Positions 35,601 through 50,000 are shown, numbered from the stretch's first letter. The stretch is DNA of 64,000 nucleotides from Protoeuglena noctilucae (GCA_958009085.1 OY253670.1:992001-1056000), one strand, 5' to 3'. Numbers and translations: made by a program. The notes: generated by a model from the letters alone, not told the origin.

Positions 35601-38519
35601 GCAGGCGGGCAAAGCGCATCCATGAGCCGCCAACGAGCTCAGCAAAGCGCCACTCCCTCAGTTTAGCCAGCAATGCTTCACCTGAGGGACAGTGCCGCAT
35701 TGACGCAGTGGTTCTTGACAGCCAGCATCTGCAGCGGGTCGTCGGCCGCCGTCAGCGCCGCCCGCAGAAGCGACTGCACCACGGACAATCCGCTGCTGAC
35801 GAAGTCGGGGAGCTGCGATGCGCCCGTCCAGAGCTGGGCCCGCTGCGATGGAAAAACGTCAATGTCGACTCAGCGAGTTCATGCGAAGAGTGGAGCCCAT
35901 CAAACCTTCCAACTGCGAGCCCTCCCGCCCCGCGCCTCACCTGGCTGACCATCACGTCCAGCACCAGGTTACCGACGACCACGTCGAGGTATTTGGAAAA
36001 CCCTCCCGTCAGAAACGCCTCACAGTCGGCGCGCGAGAACTCCCCACGCCGCTCCTCGCCGCTCCCCGGGGCCTTAGGAGCCGCAAACGAGCCGCCGCGG
36101 TTCGACTCCCGCAGCACGCCGCTGGGGCCGAGGTCCGTGGAGAGCTGCGCGTGCCGGGTGGACGTGTAGTGCGCCTGCAAGTCCTCCGTCTGTCCCAGGC
36201 GAGCGTAGACGTGCTGCATCAGCAGCAGCTCCGACAGCTCCAGACCGGGCGGCAGGCCCCCCGCGTCCGGCGCCGCCACGGGGGCTTTACCGGCCGGGGC
36301 AGGCGCTTCGGCCCCCGCAGACGCCGTCGCCCGCCGCAGGGCCAGGCTCGGGTCGGGACGAAGCAACTGCTCCAGCGCTGACTCGGGAAGGCGATCGGCG
36401 ATCGATTCTGGGTCCAGAAACTTTGCTAAAGAGGACTCGACGCCCTCAAAGACCTCCGTCTCCGCCCTGCGATGTGTCATGGGCACACAAGCGGTCATCG
36501 ACACGCCATCGCGTCTGAGGAGGGACGCGGCATGTCCGTACAAGCAGCGCACAGGCGCGTCTGCTCTGGACGCACTCACTTGGCCTGTTGCTGCAGCACC
36601 AGCGCCGCCTCTTTAATCTTTTGGCGCCCCAGGGTCCCCGCGCTGCGTCGTGCCACCACCAGCCACGCGTTGACCCTCTCCAGGGCGGCCCTGGCCACCC
36701 GGTCCACCACGCCCTCCATGCACGACAGAATCGGACCCTCCGCGGCCGAAAGGTCCACGCGGCGGGAGGCCTGCGATGTCAGCGAAGGGTAGGTGTCGGG
36801 CAAGGACGTCAGGCCGTGCACATCAGGCATCTGTACCCAGTTGCCGCCCTCCGCTGCGATTTGAATAAAACGAGGACTCCAGCCCGCCATCGCCACCCCG
36901 GCCACCAACGCGCCTTGGTTGGCTCCTGCCCTGGCCCAGCAACATTGGTGCGCTTGTCGCGTCCCAGGCCCGACGGGATCAGGTCTCTGCCGGAGGACGA
37001 TGCCGTCCCGGACGCCCCTTGCCTCGCGCCCGCGCCCTGCGGATTCCCGTCCTCCTCTCCCAGCGCCGCATGCGCACTGCGACAACGACCGGAGCGAGCC
37101 CGCACCTCATGCACGTGCACGCAGGAGCCATGCAGGGAGCCACCACACGCCCGCAGCGGTGCGAGCATACTTCTGGATTGCCAAACGCGGCCCGTCACCT
37201 CGCCACCGTCGCCACCACGCTTTGGTGCTCGCCGTTCACCCCAATCACGCCCGTGCGTCCCGTCATGTGGGCCAGATCCAGCCGCGCCTCCTCCACCCGG
37301 TCCAGCGCCTCTGTCAGCAGCCCGCCCTCCAGAAGCTGCTCAGCCTCCCTGCAGCAAGGGACAATCCACGCCGGCTCACATACGCCCCGTCATGCGGGTG
37401 CGGGTGTGGGTGCGCCACCTAAGCCCCCGACGCAGCGAGCCGCTCCAGCCACGTAACCTCACTTGAGCTTGTACAGGAGATGCAGGGCCGACGCGACCGA
37501 CCGTTCTAAGGCGGTGGTTCGCTCCATGCTCGCCCGCACGCTGCCCAGCTCCGCCAGCGTCTCCGCGAGCGAGGCGCCAAGGCTCTCGACCCGGTCGGCG
37601 TGGCTGCGGGTGAGCGGCGGGAGGCTGTCGCAGAGCTCTCCGGGGCCAACCGCGGCCGAGACGTGGCGATGGGTTGCAAACACGCCGCACGCACCCTGCT
37701 GCCTTGGACTTGAGGCTGGTCGCCCCCGAACGCATCTGCACGACTTCTTCGATACATTTGCTGAGCTCCGAGTACTTCTCCTCGCATATCTTGTCGATCT
37801 CCCGGCCGCTATCTTGCTGCGAAGGCGAAGAATCAGGGACCTGCCGGGCGGACCTGGCTCGCTAGCCCCGCAGCCTCGCAGCGACCGGCTTCCGTTGTCA
37901 CCTGCACCTGTTGCAGCACTGTCAGCACCTTCTCGGCCCTCCTGCGTGTGGAGCGCGCGGGATCCGCGAGCGACCGGGACCCCCCCAGGTCGTCGTCCTG
38001 CACAGGGGCGGCAGAAGCAGGTTTTCGTGTCGCACGGCTGGTCCGAACGCATCATGGCAGGTCTCTCAGCACGTCGTGTGACCGAGGAGGCAGGAAAAAG
38101 TCTAATGACGACGGTGCACAAGCGCAAACCCTGCGAGACTCCAGCGCCGCCCAGGGAACGCGTAGAGCGACGAGCCCGCGACTGCATCACCACGTGGTTG
38201 GGCATACGGAACGGAGGGCGAAAGCAGCGAGTGCGAAACGCGCCCGCGGCTCACGGTAGCTAGGTACGCAGCGCCGGACCTTGGGAAAGACTTCGAAGGT
38301 GGCCCGGACGAGCATGTAGAGCGTCGCGTCGATATTGTCGCTCTGCATCGCCCTCATGACCATCGCCACGATGGGATCGCCCTCCTCCTCGCCCGCAGCC
38401 ACAGCGCCTTCCGCCGGGGTGACCATGTTGGCGCCACCTGACCGTATCGGCACCTCCTGCGCCGCACCAGGCTTGCTGGGAGCCTCCATGGCGTTGGGCC
38501 CCGGCGGTTCCCACGTCAT
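32646..38519 (-). CDS. SEC15: Exocyst complex component SEC15 (EXOC6)-like, multi-exon
   Basis: LVRATFE, EIDKICEEKYSELSKCIEEV, VNAWLVVARRSAGTLG and LSELLLMQHVYARLGQTEDLQAHYTSTRHAQL follow the Sec15 order. The last exon (stop 32646) is tentative; the alternative stop is 32901. Confidence 0.7.
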
Positions 38520-38828
38520 CGCCTGGCGTGGCAACCCAAGCCCGTCATCCCAGGAGCTGACAGCCCAGGCAGCGCCGTAGACACGCTCCGTTTGATGTAT
38601 ATTCTGCCACCGAAGATGGAGAGGCGTTCAGCTAATCTGACAGGCCAGAAATCCGACACCTCGCTGGCGCGCCAGCAAGTTTTGCAAAATCTCGCATCTC
38701 TCCCGTCGACTCGCAGCATTCCGTGCATTGCTAGCAAGCCGTCTGTTTGCACGGCACACTGCAGCTCTCTTGGCTTGAGGGCCAGTGAATTGAGGCCGGC
38801 GTTTCGCTCAGTGTTGCTCGAGCCCGTG

Positions 38829-40523
38829 ATGTCCGCCATTTCCTCGATCCGCCCTGCTGTTCTAGCACGGCACGCAAACAACTTGCGTGCTTCGGCTGAC
38901 ACCCCGTCGCATGCCCGGGCTGGGTCATTGCTACCCTCTGCGCTGCCTCGCAACGCTGTGGCTTCCTCAGCGACCCGCCAGTCAGCCCCAGCCCACGCTC
39001 GCTCCACTCGAGATTGTTCGACGTACGCAAAGCGGCGAGGCTCTAAGAAGGATCGCGACGACGCACAGGCAAGTGCCTCGTGAAACTAGTGGCTAAGAAG
39101 GCATGTGGCCACGGCTGGATATCTCGATGTCTGGTCCTCCGCGATCGCTAATGCAAACCTCCAGGGTCTAATAGACGGAAGGAGAGCGCGTGTGATTTGC
39201 AGGATGCGGGAGAGCCACCTGCGCCAGCAGAGGAGACGTCGCCAACTGGGGAAGCCGATGTGGCGTCGACGTCCTCGGCGTCGGCGGAGGAATCGGCAAC
39301 GGGTGACCACTCCGAGAGCGCGCCCGGCCTCCCCCCTTCGACGCTGACGCTCGACTTCGAGGGTGGGAGCGGGAAGCTCGTCCCCAGTGATGAGTCCACG
39401 GCTTCTTCCCCTTCCCCGGACGTGGAGGTCACGAGCCCTGCCCCGGATCCGGAGCCCGCGAGCCCGCCCAAGGTTGCGCCGTCACCGCCCTCCGACGGGC
39501 CCCGGCAGCGCAAGGCTCCCACAGAGGCAGCAGGGACGGGTCAGGACATGGGGACGATGGAGTCGCAGGTGCGTATCACGCGGCGCGGCATCCCGCATTG
39601 CGAGCAGGGACGATGCGTCATGCTTCAGGGACTCGGCCCCGTGCACGCAGTTGCTCCTGACGGTGGCGGGGCTGGACCGTGGGTTATCGGCCAGCCCGTC
39701 CGACCAGACGGCGGTGGATGATATGTGCAGGGAGCTCGAGCGCCGCGCTCCGCCGAACATCGACTACCGTGCGGACGACACCGCTTTGATGGGTGAGCAC
39801 CGGACTAGCTGAGCCACTCACATTCAGCACGTTTCATCTGCTGTGGTTTGCAAAATGCGGCGCTCGGTTCTCGCCGCAGGCAACTGGCGACTGGTCTACT
39901 CCTCAGCATTCGCCACGACGGGCAGCTTCGGTGGCTCTCGCCCCGGGCCGCCCGCGTTCCTCTCGCCCTTCCGCCTCGGCCAGGTCTTCCAGCGCATCCG
40001 CCCCAAGGCTCAGACGCTGGACAACGTCGTGGAGCTGATTCTCCCGGGCCTGCCGGGCCAGTCGCCTCCCGTGGTGCAAGTCTGCCTCCGGTGCGTGCGT
40101 CTTGGCAGCCTACTCGCAGCAAGGAGACAGCTCAGCAGCAGCAGAGGACACTGGACGCCACGCACACTGTCGCGCGCGCAGGCACGACTACGAGCCGGCG
40201 GGCCGGCTGACGACGCGCATCGTCTTTACCGAGACGACGGTGCGGGGCACGGGGGAAGGGATCCTCAGGGACCTGCCGTCGTTGACGATCCCCACGTTGC
40301 CAGGTGAAACACCGCCTCACAGTCTTGCAGGAGATGCGCGGTGTAGAGCGCTGGGATGCGCCAACAGCCCACCTTGCACCCCGCAGAGAGCCTGCAGCCG
40401 CCTCGCAACCTCCGCTCGGCGACGTTCGACAACACGTACGTGTCCAAGACCTTCCGCATCAGCCGCGGTGACCGAGGGGAGCTCCGCGTTTACGTCCTGG
40501 CGGGCGACCCACCCTTGGATTGA
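38829..40523 (+). CDS. FBN4: Plastid lipid-associated protein / fibrillin, FBN4-like
   Basis: Transit peptide MSAISSIRPAVLARH..., acidic linker, LLLTVAGLDRGL, GNWRLVYSSAF...GGSRPGPP...LGQVFQRI and RISRGDRGELRVY. Confidence 0.85.
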
Positions 40524-40714
40524 TGACCTCTGGCGGGTAGGGTCTCGGGTTAACTCTCTTTAAATCCTTACCCGGAAGGAAATGGCCCTCAAATGTCACC
40601 AAAAGCGAGTTCCTAGTGCTGCATTGTCCCTTTACTCAGTTAATTTGCACAAATGGCGTGACACATTGACCAGACCTGGGGATCCATCCCAGTGATCGCG
40701 TCCGCTAAGCAATC

Positions 40715-43700
40715 ATGTCCTCCACCATCCAAAGCGCATGGGGCAAGCTCCGCGCGGTGCAAGCCCTCGCCAAAGGGTCTGCGGCCCAGACGAAGGCGCC
40801 GTCCCCCCCTCCCACTGTTGACGACTCGCTATGGGAGGACCTGAAGGTGCGTGCTCCTTTTCGCGTCAATGACGACTCGTCCGTACGCGGATGGGGCCGT
40901 TTTGCTGGTAGTTGCGCGGGGCCGAGGCCATGAAAGTGGTTGGGCCGTTGGGCCGGCACCGTTCGCGAGGAAGCGCCTCTTTCGATCCGCTGTGCCGCCG
41001 GGACGCAATCGTCACGTCTCCATGGCATGTTACATCAGCAGAATGACTGATTTGCGCCTCGCCTCCTCCGCAGCTCCCGCTCGTCGGCGCCGCATGTCCA
41101 GAGCCCGTGGCTCGCGACGAGAACAAGCTCGAGATCAAGCGATTCACTGGTTAGCGCATAATTACTGCGTGCAGCTCAAGACAAGGTGGCTTTGGGCCGG
41201 TGGCTCCTCGTGGTTTCACGGCAGCGTCTCCCATCGCACACAGTGATACGCAAAATCGCGGAGACGACGCTGGGGGACGTGTTTGAGGCCGAGGACTCTA
41301 TTTCTGGTTTCCGTGTCGCGATCAAGGTGCGGGGCGCGGTTTGCTGCGGGCCTGCGCCCGCGGCTTGCCCTTGTGCATTGCATTGCGTTGCATTGGAATG
41401 CATTGCCGGCGTGTCTCCCCGCGCGCAGAGCCACCGAAAGTTTCGATTGACGGAGAAACAAACGCAGTCGCTCGTGCGGCAGATCAAGATCCTCGCGCGG
41501 CTCCGGCACCCGCACATCGTGCGCCTCTGGGCCGTCTTTGAAGACCTCATTACCCTGTACATCGTCTACGAGCTGTGCCAGGCGCGTCGGCGCATGAGCG
41601 AGCTCGCCTTTCCCACCGGCTCTCCGCCTCCCAGGCCCTCGCCAACTCGCCCCCCTGTCGCCTGCCTGCAGCAGCCCACCGCTCTGGTTCAGTCTTGTTT
41701 CCAAGACGAACGAGTCACCGTGTCAAAGATCATTGCCCCCCTGGCGTCTGCCCTAGCGCACGTGCACAGCAAGGGCATCCTGCACCGGGGCGTCCACCCC
41801 TCCGCACTGGTGACGACCTGTGGGCACCCGATCACCGCAGCCCCTGGCACCGTCCGCCAGGTTCGGCGCCGTCCCTGAACCCCTGACGCCGCGCCCTCCG
41901 CAGCTGGTGCGGCCGTCCGGGGAGGTCTGCCTGAGCGGATGGGACTTTGCCATCGACACACACGCCGAGCGGCCCGTGACCAGCTCGGTCGGCGTGCCCT
42001 CCTACTGCGCTCCCGAGGTCTTCCTCAATGACCAGGCCGGCATCATCCAGCCGCGCGAGGAGGTCCCCCCCGAGTTCCGGCGCGCCTACTCTGACACGCT
42101 CGACGTCTGGGCGCTCGGCACGCTGCTGTGCTTCCTAGTCAGCAGTCGCGCTCCGTTCGGCGTGTCGGACGCGGAGCTGTCGCGAAAGATCTGCCACGAG
42201 GAGCCCACCATCATCGGGGCGCTGTCCAACCTGGCGCGGGACGCCGTGCTCAAGTGCCTGCACAAGGACATGACGGCCCGGCCCAGCATGCTGGAGGTCC
42301 TCGATCACCCGCTCGTCCACAGGAACACGCACCAGGAGGACAGGCTCTTGCTCCTGCGAATGGTGGATTTGGCCACAGTGGCTGAGGAGACGGCGGTGGA
42401 GACGGCGGGGGTGATTAAGGTCCACCGGCCCACCGCCCCGATCGTGCACCAGCTGCCCCAGAGCGTGACAAGGGACTCAAACGTGCCAGAGGCCATCTCC
42501 GGTGTCGACTCTCACCTGGTCCGGTCGCCCCTAGCCGCGATGCTGGCGCGCGGGGGCTTCACCTACGCCCCGCAGGAGCTGCGGCAGGCGGGGCTGCAGG
42601 GCCGCGGTGACTGGACCGACCCCGGGTCGCCGGGGAACGAGGTGGGCGGCCTCTCGGGCTCCGAGGGGCCGCAGACCGACGGCCTGGCGAGTCCCTCGAC
42701 GCCCGGTGGGGTGCGGCGGGCCTCGGACAGCCTTGTCGGGCGAGGGTCGCGCCGCGTGATGGGCACGCTGGCAGCTGGGGACAGCAAGCTGGCCGGGCCG
42801 GGGGCGTTCGACCACGACCAGACGCCGCCATCGACCTTCCAAGACTCCGTGCCGCAGCTGCCCTCCATCCACTCGCCCTCGCCGAGCACGGCGAGTGTCG
42901 GAGGCCAGCCCACCACGGCGAGTGCTGCGCCCGCCTGCGCCCTGCGTCGTGTGCGTCCTCTCAGTGCCGCTCCGCCTCGCCACAGCACCCTCACCATGAA
43001 ATGAATCCGGCCTTTGCCTGCAGAGGCGCGTCACGCACACGGGGTACTTGACCCAGACGTCTGGAGCAAAGGACGCGCGGGGGCCGCGCCCGCCCGTCGG
43101 CATCGCTGAGATGTTCCGCGCACGGCTGCAGATGGGCGCCTCGCCTGGCGCCGCGGATGGGCCATCCCCGCAGGCGGTGCAGCGGCGCAAGTCCCTGGAA
43201 TCGAATATATCGCATTCGATCAGCGGCAGAGGGACATTCGTCGCCTCGGAGGACAGCGCCCACGTGCGATCGGAGCCCCATCTGCATCGCCGGAGTTCGG
43301 GGCTGCAGCCGGCAGGGTCGTCAGATCTGGGGTCGAGCGTCAGCTCAAGCCTCCCGCGCATCCCGGCCGGCAAGGCTGTCCTTCCAGGGTCGGCGGCCAG
43401 CAAGGCTGCGCTTCCGGCGTCGGCGGCTGCCTTCCACCAGACCCGCCGTCGCACGTCTCTGGATTTCAAGAGGCCAGCGAGGGCAGCGGCGATGACGGCG
43501 AGCGACGGGGAGAGGCGCGGGAGCACCAGGCGCTTGGGCGGACCTACGGGCGGGCCCGCAGGTGAGGCTGAGAGCAGGCTCGCATGCCCGCTTAGTTACC
43601 AGATGGGACGAAGACGAATGTGGGGAGCCTCTGGTGATGCCCGCGCAGACGCGGTGGATCGGAAGCACCGGAACTGGGCGCTGGGAGGACAGGCAGGTGT

Positions 43701-43725
43701 GACGAGCGTCCCCCACGCCATCTGA
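40715..43725 (+). CDS. Aurora-like Ser/Thr kinase-fold protein, probable pseudokinase, with long disordered C-tail; ends approximate
   Basis: VAIK, LRHPHIVRLW, ILHRGVHP, VGVPSYCAPE, DVWALG and RPSMLEVLDHP. Confidence 0.8.
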
Positions 43726-44010
43726 TTGTCTAGGACTCCCTCTGGCGTGTCGTGACGTGATGCAAGTGTCAGTGTTCGGTTCCTAGCCAGCGTCCCGCAG
43801 TAAGTTAGAGGCGGACAACACGGCATGCTCTCCATCAAGCGGCAATGCGCTTCTCGTGTCATGCCTAGGTCTGCAGCAGCGACAGCACGTGTTGAACAGC
43901 TCTCCGAAGCGCCGCCTCTCCCCCAGACGGCTGGAGGTTTGTCCGTATAACTCTTTTAATCACTAAAGGGGACTGGGGGAGGCGTCCCCGCGGGGGCAAG
44001 GTCGGGGGCG

Positions 44011-47000
44011 ATGGGCGCGCCGCCGGCGGTGCAGTGGGCGGCCGGCGAGGGCGTGCCGGAAGCCTACCTCACCCTGGTCAAGCCCCATGTCGAGGTATGT
44101 TCCTATTCGTACTGCTGCCGCGTCGAAGCGATGCGGGCGCCCGTCGAACGGTGGCGGCGGGCGCCGTGGCAGCAAGGCTGCCGTCTCGCCGGCCCGCGCG
44201 CATCAAGGAGGCGATGGCGCGATTGTCCGCACCGACGCTGTTCGCAGTCCTTTGATTGGTTCGTCGGGGAGGGAATGAGGATGGTATTCGAGGCCCTGAA
44301 GCCGGTCAGCGTCAAGCACCCGTTGACGGGCCGCACGCACTCGCTGTGGCTCGAGAACCCCTCCCTGCAAAAACCGCTGGTGCGCAGCGCATACTGACTT
44401 GCAAGTCTCGTGTCGGGTGCTTTGCGGAGGCCAGCCATGCGCCGCGCTCGCGTGCCGGGGACGTCGCTGGCGTGCCCCTCCCTGCTCGCGACGGCGGCGC
44501 CGGGCATGCCGCGCGGCTTTCGCTGACCATCTCCCCGCTTGACCCCTGACAGCGTGAGAACACGAGCGCGCTGGACCCGCGGATGTATCCATGGGAGGCT
44601 CGGGAGTCGGGGTCGACGTACAGGGGCGCTTTCCACTGCGACCTGGTCATCCAGGCGGACGGCGACATGCCCGTGAGGCACACCAAGGTATGCGGAGATG
44701 CACATGGTGTCACTGGACGGCGCCGACAGGCGCGAGGAGGTACACTTGAGCAACGCCGCCCCTCGCCCTGTGTCGCAGCGCTTGGGATATCTCCCCATCA
44801 TGGTTCGGTCCTCTATGTGCCACCTCCGCTCGATGAACCGCACGGAGCTGGTCCGGCACAACGAGGAGACGAATGACATGGGCGGGTACTTCGTTTGCAA
44901 CGGGATCGAGAGGGTGGTGCGCATGCTCATTGCGGTGAGTTCCGTTTGCAAGGGCGCATGCGTGTGTTGGACGGCAACGGGGATGTCACTGCACCGGCCA
45001 CGTTCGCTGGAGCTGTTCCACACCCTCGCTGTCGCCGGTGACACCTGCGCATCTGCGCTGTGGGTGCAGACAAGGCGGCACTATGTACTGGCCCTCAACC
45101 GCGGCGCCTATCAGAAGCGCGGCCCGCTCTACACTTCCACGGCCACCCTTTTGCGGTGTGTCAAGCCCAACATGGAGTCCCAGACAGTCCGCTGCCACTA
45201 CCTGACTGACGGTGCGACCTGTTGGGGACTCGCCAAATGCGCACATCCCAAGAGTGCTGTCATTGCTGTTGACCTTTCTGCGAGTGCCGCGTCGTGCACG
45301 CAGGGTGCGTCAATTTCGCCATCACGGTTCGCAAAGCCGAGTACTTCATCCCGGCGGGCCTGCTACTCAAGTGCTTTGTGGAGGTGAGTGCTGGCAGTAC
45401 GATGGCACGGGGCTTCCAACGGCGCAGACGCCCTTACACATCATGCTGCATCGCACGCAGACTACTGATCGGGAGATCTACGAGCGCCTCGTCTCGGGGG
45501 CGCCTGGGGCGGAGGACGAGAGCGGTGACGGCGGGGGCGGGCACGCAGCATTTGTGGCAGAGCGAGCTGAGCTGCTGCTGCGGCAGGCGTCGCGGCTGGG
45601 GGTGCGCACGCGGGCGCAGTGCCTGGGGTACCTGGGAAGGCATTTCCGGAGCGAGATTGGGGTGCCAGAAGAGGCGACGGACGTTGAGGTGAGCAAATGC
45701 GCACAAGCGCACCCTGAGCTTCAACCCTCTTGTCGAGAAGGGGTTCTGTCAGACGGTGTCCAGGCGGTATCCAAAGTGCTGCGTGCAATCGGCAAGCGCA
45801 GATGGTCGAAGCCGCAGCTGTGTCTTTGGTACGTCTCGCTGCCACCGCGGACGCGAGCCTCCCTGGGTGTGCGTTCACGCAGGCGGGGCTGGAGTTGCTC
45901 AAGAGCCACGTGTTCATTCATTTGGGGGAGGACAACGGGGAGAAGATGCAGCTGCTGGTCTTCATGCTCCAGAAGCTCTACGCGCTCGCCAACGGGCAGT
46001 GCAGCGAGGTGACTGCGAAATGGCATATGGAGAGGGAGCGGGTCTTGTTCCAACCTGGCGCGGCTGGTGCCCTGCCCGACAGGTCGCGCGTGCGTTCCTT
46101 GGTGCTTTTGCACAAGTGCCGGGGTCATTCTTCTCGCGGTGTGTGTTGCGCGCAGGACAACCCGGACGCGCTCATTCACCACGAGATCCTTCTCCCCGGG
46201 CACCTGCTGGCCAAGTACCTGAAGGAGAAGCTCGAGGACGTCCTCATCGCGGCGCAGTTATTCGTGCGGCGTCTCTGCGAGTCTGCCCCGGAGTCAGTCG
46301 ACCTGTCGAACGAGGCATTCGTGCGCAAGGCGAGGATGGCGCGGCCCCGCGGCCCCGGAACCGGACAGGAATTTGAGCTGCAACTCAAGGTTGTGATGTA
46401 AGTTATGACCCGCGCCGCTCCCTCGCGCGCAGATGATGGAGAGGCTCCCGGACGTGGGCAAGCGGTTCGAGTACCTTTTGAACACGGGCAACATGGTCAG
46501 CCGGAGCGGCCTCGACCTGCAACAGACCACGGGCTTCACCATCGTCGCTGAGAAGCTCAACTTCTTCCGGTGAGCAGAGGGATGTGGAGGTGTGGGTGAT
46601 GCTCCTGTTGGTCAGGTGCTGCTGCCCGCAAAACGCTGTCCACGCACGGATACTGCAATCAATCACTTGCGCATCGTTCGCTCAAACAGGTACATGTCGC
46701 ATTTCCGGAGCGTGCACCGCGGCGCCTACTTTGCCCAGATCCGGACCACCACGGGTGAGTCTCATGCATGGAGTGCAGCAGTGCCTTGCTCATCACTGCT
46801 CGGCCCTCGACGGGATGGCGGAGTGACGCTGCGCTCCCCGTTGCTTGACTGCAGTGCGCAAGCTCTTGCCAGAGTCCTGGGGCTTCATGTGCCCGGTCCA
46901 CACCCCCGACGGTGCGCCCTGCGGTCTCCTCACGCACCTCACGGCCACCTGCACCGTCGACAGCATTGGCCCGCACGTGAGCCGCTGCGCCGCTCCTCTC

Positions 47001-50000
47001 GACGCCGCGCTCGCCTCCACGCTTTTGCTCAGCACCCTCACCCGAGAAGATTCGCCTTCGCAGGATCCGGCCGCCGCCCGCGATGCCGTCACCAAGGTCC
47101 TCCTGTCCCTGGGAATGCTGCCCGTCGAGCCCGAGCTCTCGCAGCCTCCCCTGCCCGCGTACCTCACCGTCATGGTCGACGGTCGCGTCGTGGGATCCCT
47201 CGCATCCGCAGACGCCCCGGCCGTCGTGGCCAGGCTACGGTGCGTTATTGCATCTCACTGACTTCGTCACGCTTTGTTGCCCGCCTCGGTGCACCCACGT
47301 CTGCTGCGACAGGCACATGACTGGGGAAGCCTTTCGCCCCTCATCACACGGACCCCGTGCTTATTGGCCACTCCCCTCCCCTCCTCCTCGCAGCCTCCTT
47401 AAGGCCTACGCCTGGGCCGCTTCCCGGGGCTCCGACCTGACTCAGGCCGCTGACGCGGGCCTGACGCCGGCCGAGCGGCTCGTGCCCCCCGGTACAGAGG
47501 CGGCGCTGGTGCCCTACGAGCAGGGCGGCCCCTTCCCCGGACTCTTCGTCTTCACGGAGCCCGCGCGCATGCTGCGGCCCGTGGTGCAGGCGGGGTCCGG
47601 GATGGTGGAGCTGGTGGGGACGCTCGAGCAAGCGTACCTGGACATTGCGTGCCCGGACGGGGGGCACAACGGGTCGCCGGGACTCAAATTCACGCACAGG
47701 TGCGGCGTGTGATTTCACAGAACGTGCTGACATGCGTGGGGAAGTCGTTCGTGTCATGCTGCGGGCTGCGCGTGACGCATTCGCGAGTGGTCGTGTCGGG
47801 TGTCAGAATGCCACACCGCGCTCTCTCGCCCCAGGGAGGTGGCGCCGTCGTCGATGCTTTCCGTGGTGGCGAGCCTGACGCCGTTCAGCGACTACAACCA
47901 GTCCCCGCGCAACATGTACCAGTGCCAGATGGGGAAGCAGACGATGGGGACTCCCTGCCACGCCATCCAACACCGCGTCGAGACCAAGACGTACCGACTG
48001 CAGACGCCCCAGACGCCCCTATGCCGCACGGAGCGGTACCGCAACTACCACATGGACGAGTACCCCAACGGAACCAACGCCATCGTTGCCGTGCTGGCAT
48101 ATACGGGTGAGGGGCGCTGGGGCGCTCGCGGTGCCTCCCAGGCACAGGCTCAATGCCACGCCATTGCTGTCTGCTACAGCGCTACCTCAAGCACAACGTC
48201 ACCGTTGCAGCCACACAGACTGTGCTGTGCATGAGTACAGTTGCCTGCAGGTCACATTAAAGCATTACCTGCAGCATTACCAATGTCGTACGTGCTTTCC
48301 CTTCTGTGCAGGGTACGACATGGAGGATGCGATGATTCTGAACAAGTCGAGCGTCGAGAGGGGTGCCTTCCACGCCAGCATGTACAAGACGGAGACGGTG
48401 GATCTGAGGCAGGACAGCAAGACCAGTCGATTCATGGCGGACCGGAGTGGGGGCAAGCGGAAGGAGGTGAGGCGCTGTGGAGGGTGGGGGAGGTGGGGTG
48501 AAGTGGTGCTGGTGAGGGTGGGGGAGTAGTGTTACGGAGTAGTGTTACCATGGGTGCAACCTGTGCACCTTCGCCCGCCTGGGTTGATGCCGGGGGCTGG
48601 CTGTGTACCCCGGGCCCCAACCGGTGCCAGGTGTCATAGCATAGCCCAGGTGCCTACTCTCTTGAGATTCAACCCCGGCACCTTGTCTGCAGAAGGAGAC
48701 CCCTCGTACCCATGCTTTTGGTCAGGAGTACCCCCGGAACGTGCCGAGCGTGGCATCCAGCGCGGCCGTGTCCAAGCGAGGCGTGGTGCCCGGGGGCCAG
48801 CACGTCGGGGCGGAGGTGATTGACCGGGACGGTCTCCCACACATCGGGGCGGTGGTGTGGCCGGCGGCAGAGTACGCGAGCAGTCGTGACACGGCCTCGG
48901 GGCGCACCCGGACCTGGAAGCTCAAGGGAGAGGAGATTGCAGTCGTGGACAGCGTCGCGGTGGTGGGGCCGGCGTCGGGGTCGGGAGGGCAAGGGGTGCA
49001 GCAGGCCAATATCACGCTGAGATACAACCGCAACCCGGTCATCGGGGACAAATTCGCTTCGCGAGCCGGACAGAAGGTGCGCGGCGGGGCTGAGTGACGC
49101 GCGGGGTGGGTGCTTCTGGGTTCGATACACGGTCGGCGCTCACTCGTGGCGTGGCTGCGGCATTCACGCACAGAGTTTGGCAGAGAATTTGGCGCATCTC
49201 TGCGACAGCGGTGGCGGTGGCACGCGGCTCTCCTTACCACGCAATCTCTTCGTCCCATGCGCAGGGTGTCTTGTCGCAGCTGTGGCCGGACGTGGATATG
49301 CCCTACTGCGTGGCGACGGGCATCCGCCCGGACCTCATCATCAACCCCAACGCCTTCCCGTCCCGCATGACCATCGGTATGCTCATAGAGAGCATGGCAT
49401 CCAAGGCTGGGGCGCTCAATGGGGAGTTCGTCGATGCATCGCCCTTCCAGCCGAGCATACGGGTGCGTACAAGCGAGGCATTCGTTCGTGTGTGGTCGGA
49501 CCACGAGGAGCCACGTGACGCTCCCCTGATACTCTGTGTGTGCGGACACTACTAGCGTGTAAGCAGCATGCAACCTAATCCACTTTCTTGTCATGACAAT
49601 CATGACAAGGCAAGCCAATCAATTTCACATGTGCGCGCCCTGAGCGCCTGCGCCCTGAGTTACGCCCTTGTCATGATAAGGCAAGGTTGCCGAGTCCCTT
49701 CTCGTCACGCAGGGCCCCGACTACGACCCGATCACCGAGGTGGGGGAGCGCCTGGAGGCCAAGGGCTTCTACAAGTGGGGCGGGGAGACGATGGTTTCTG
49801 GCATCACGGGGGAGGAGTTCCAAGTGGACATCTACATCGGCATCGTGTACTACCAGAGGTGCGCATGTCGATGGATGGACACAGTGCCACCAGCAGATGG
49901 CATGCTGCCGGGCTCGAGTGGTCACGTGGTCGTGGTCGGAGCGGCAACACCGAACCTTGGTTGCTTGGTGACGTAGCCATCCTCAACCCCAGCCTGTGTT

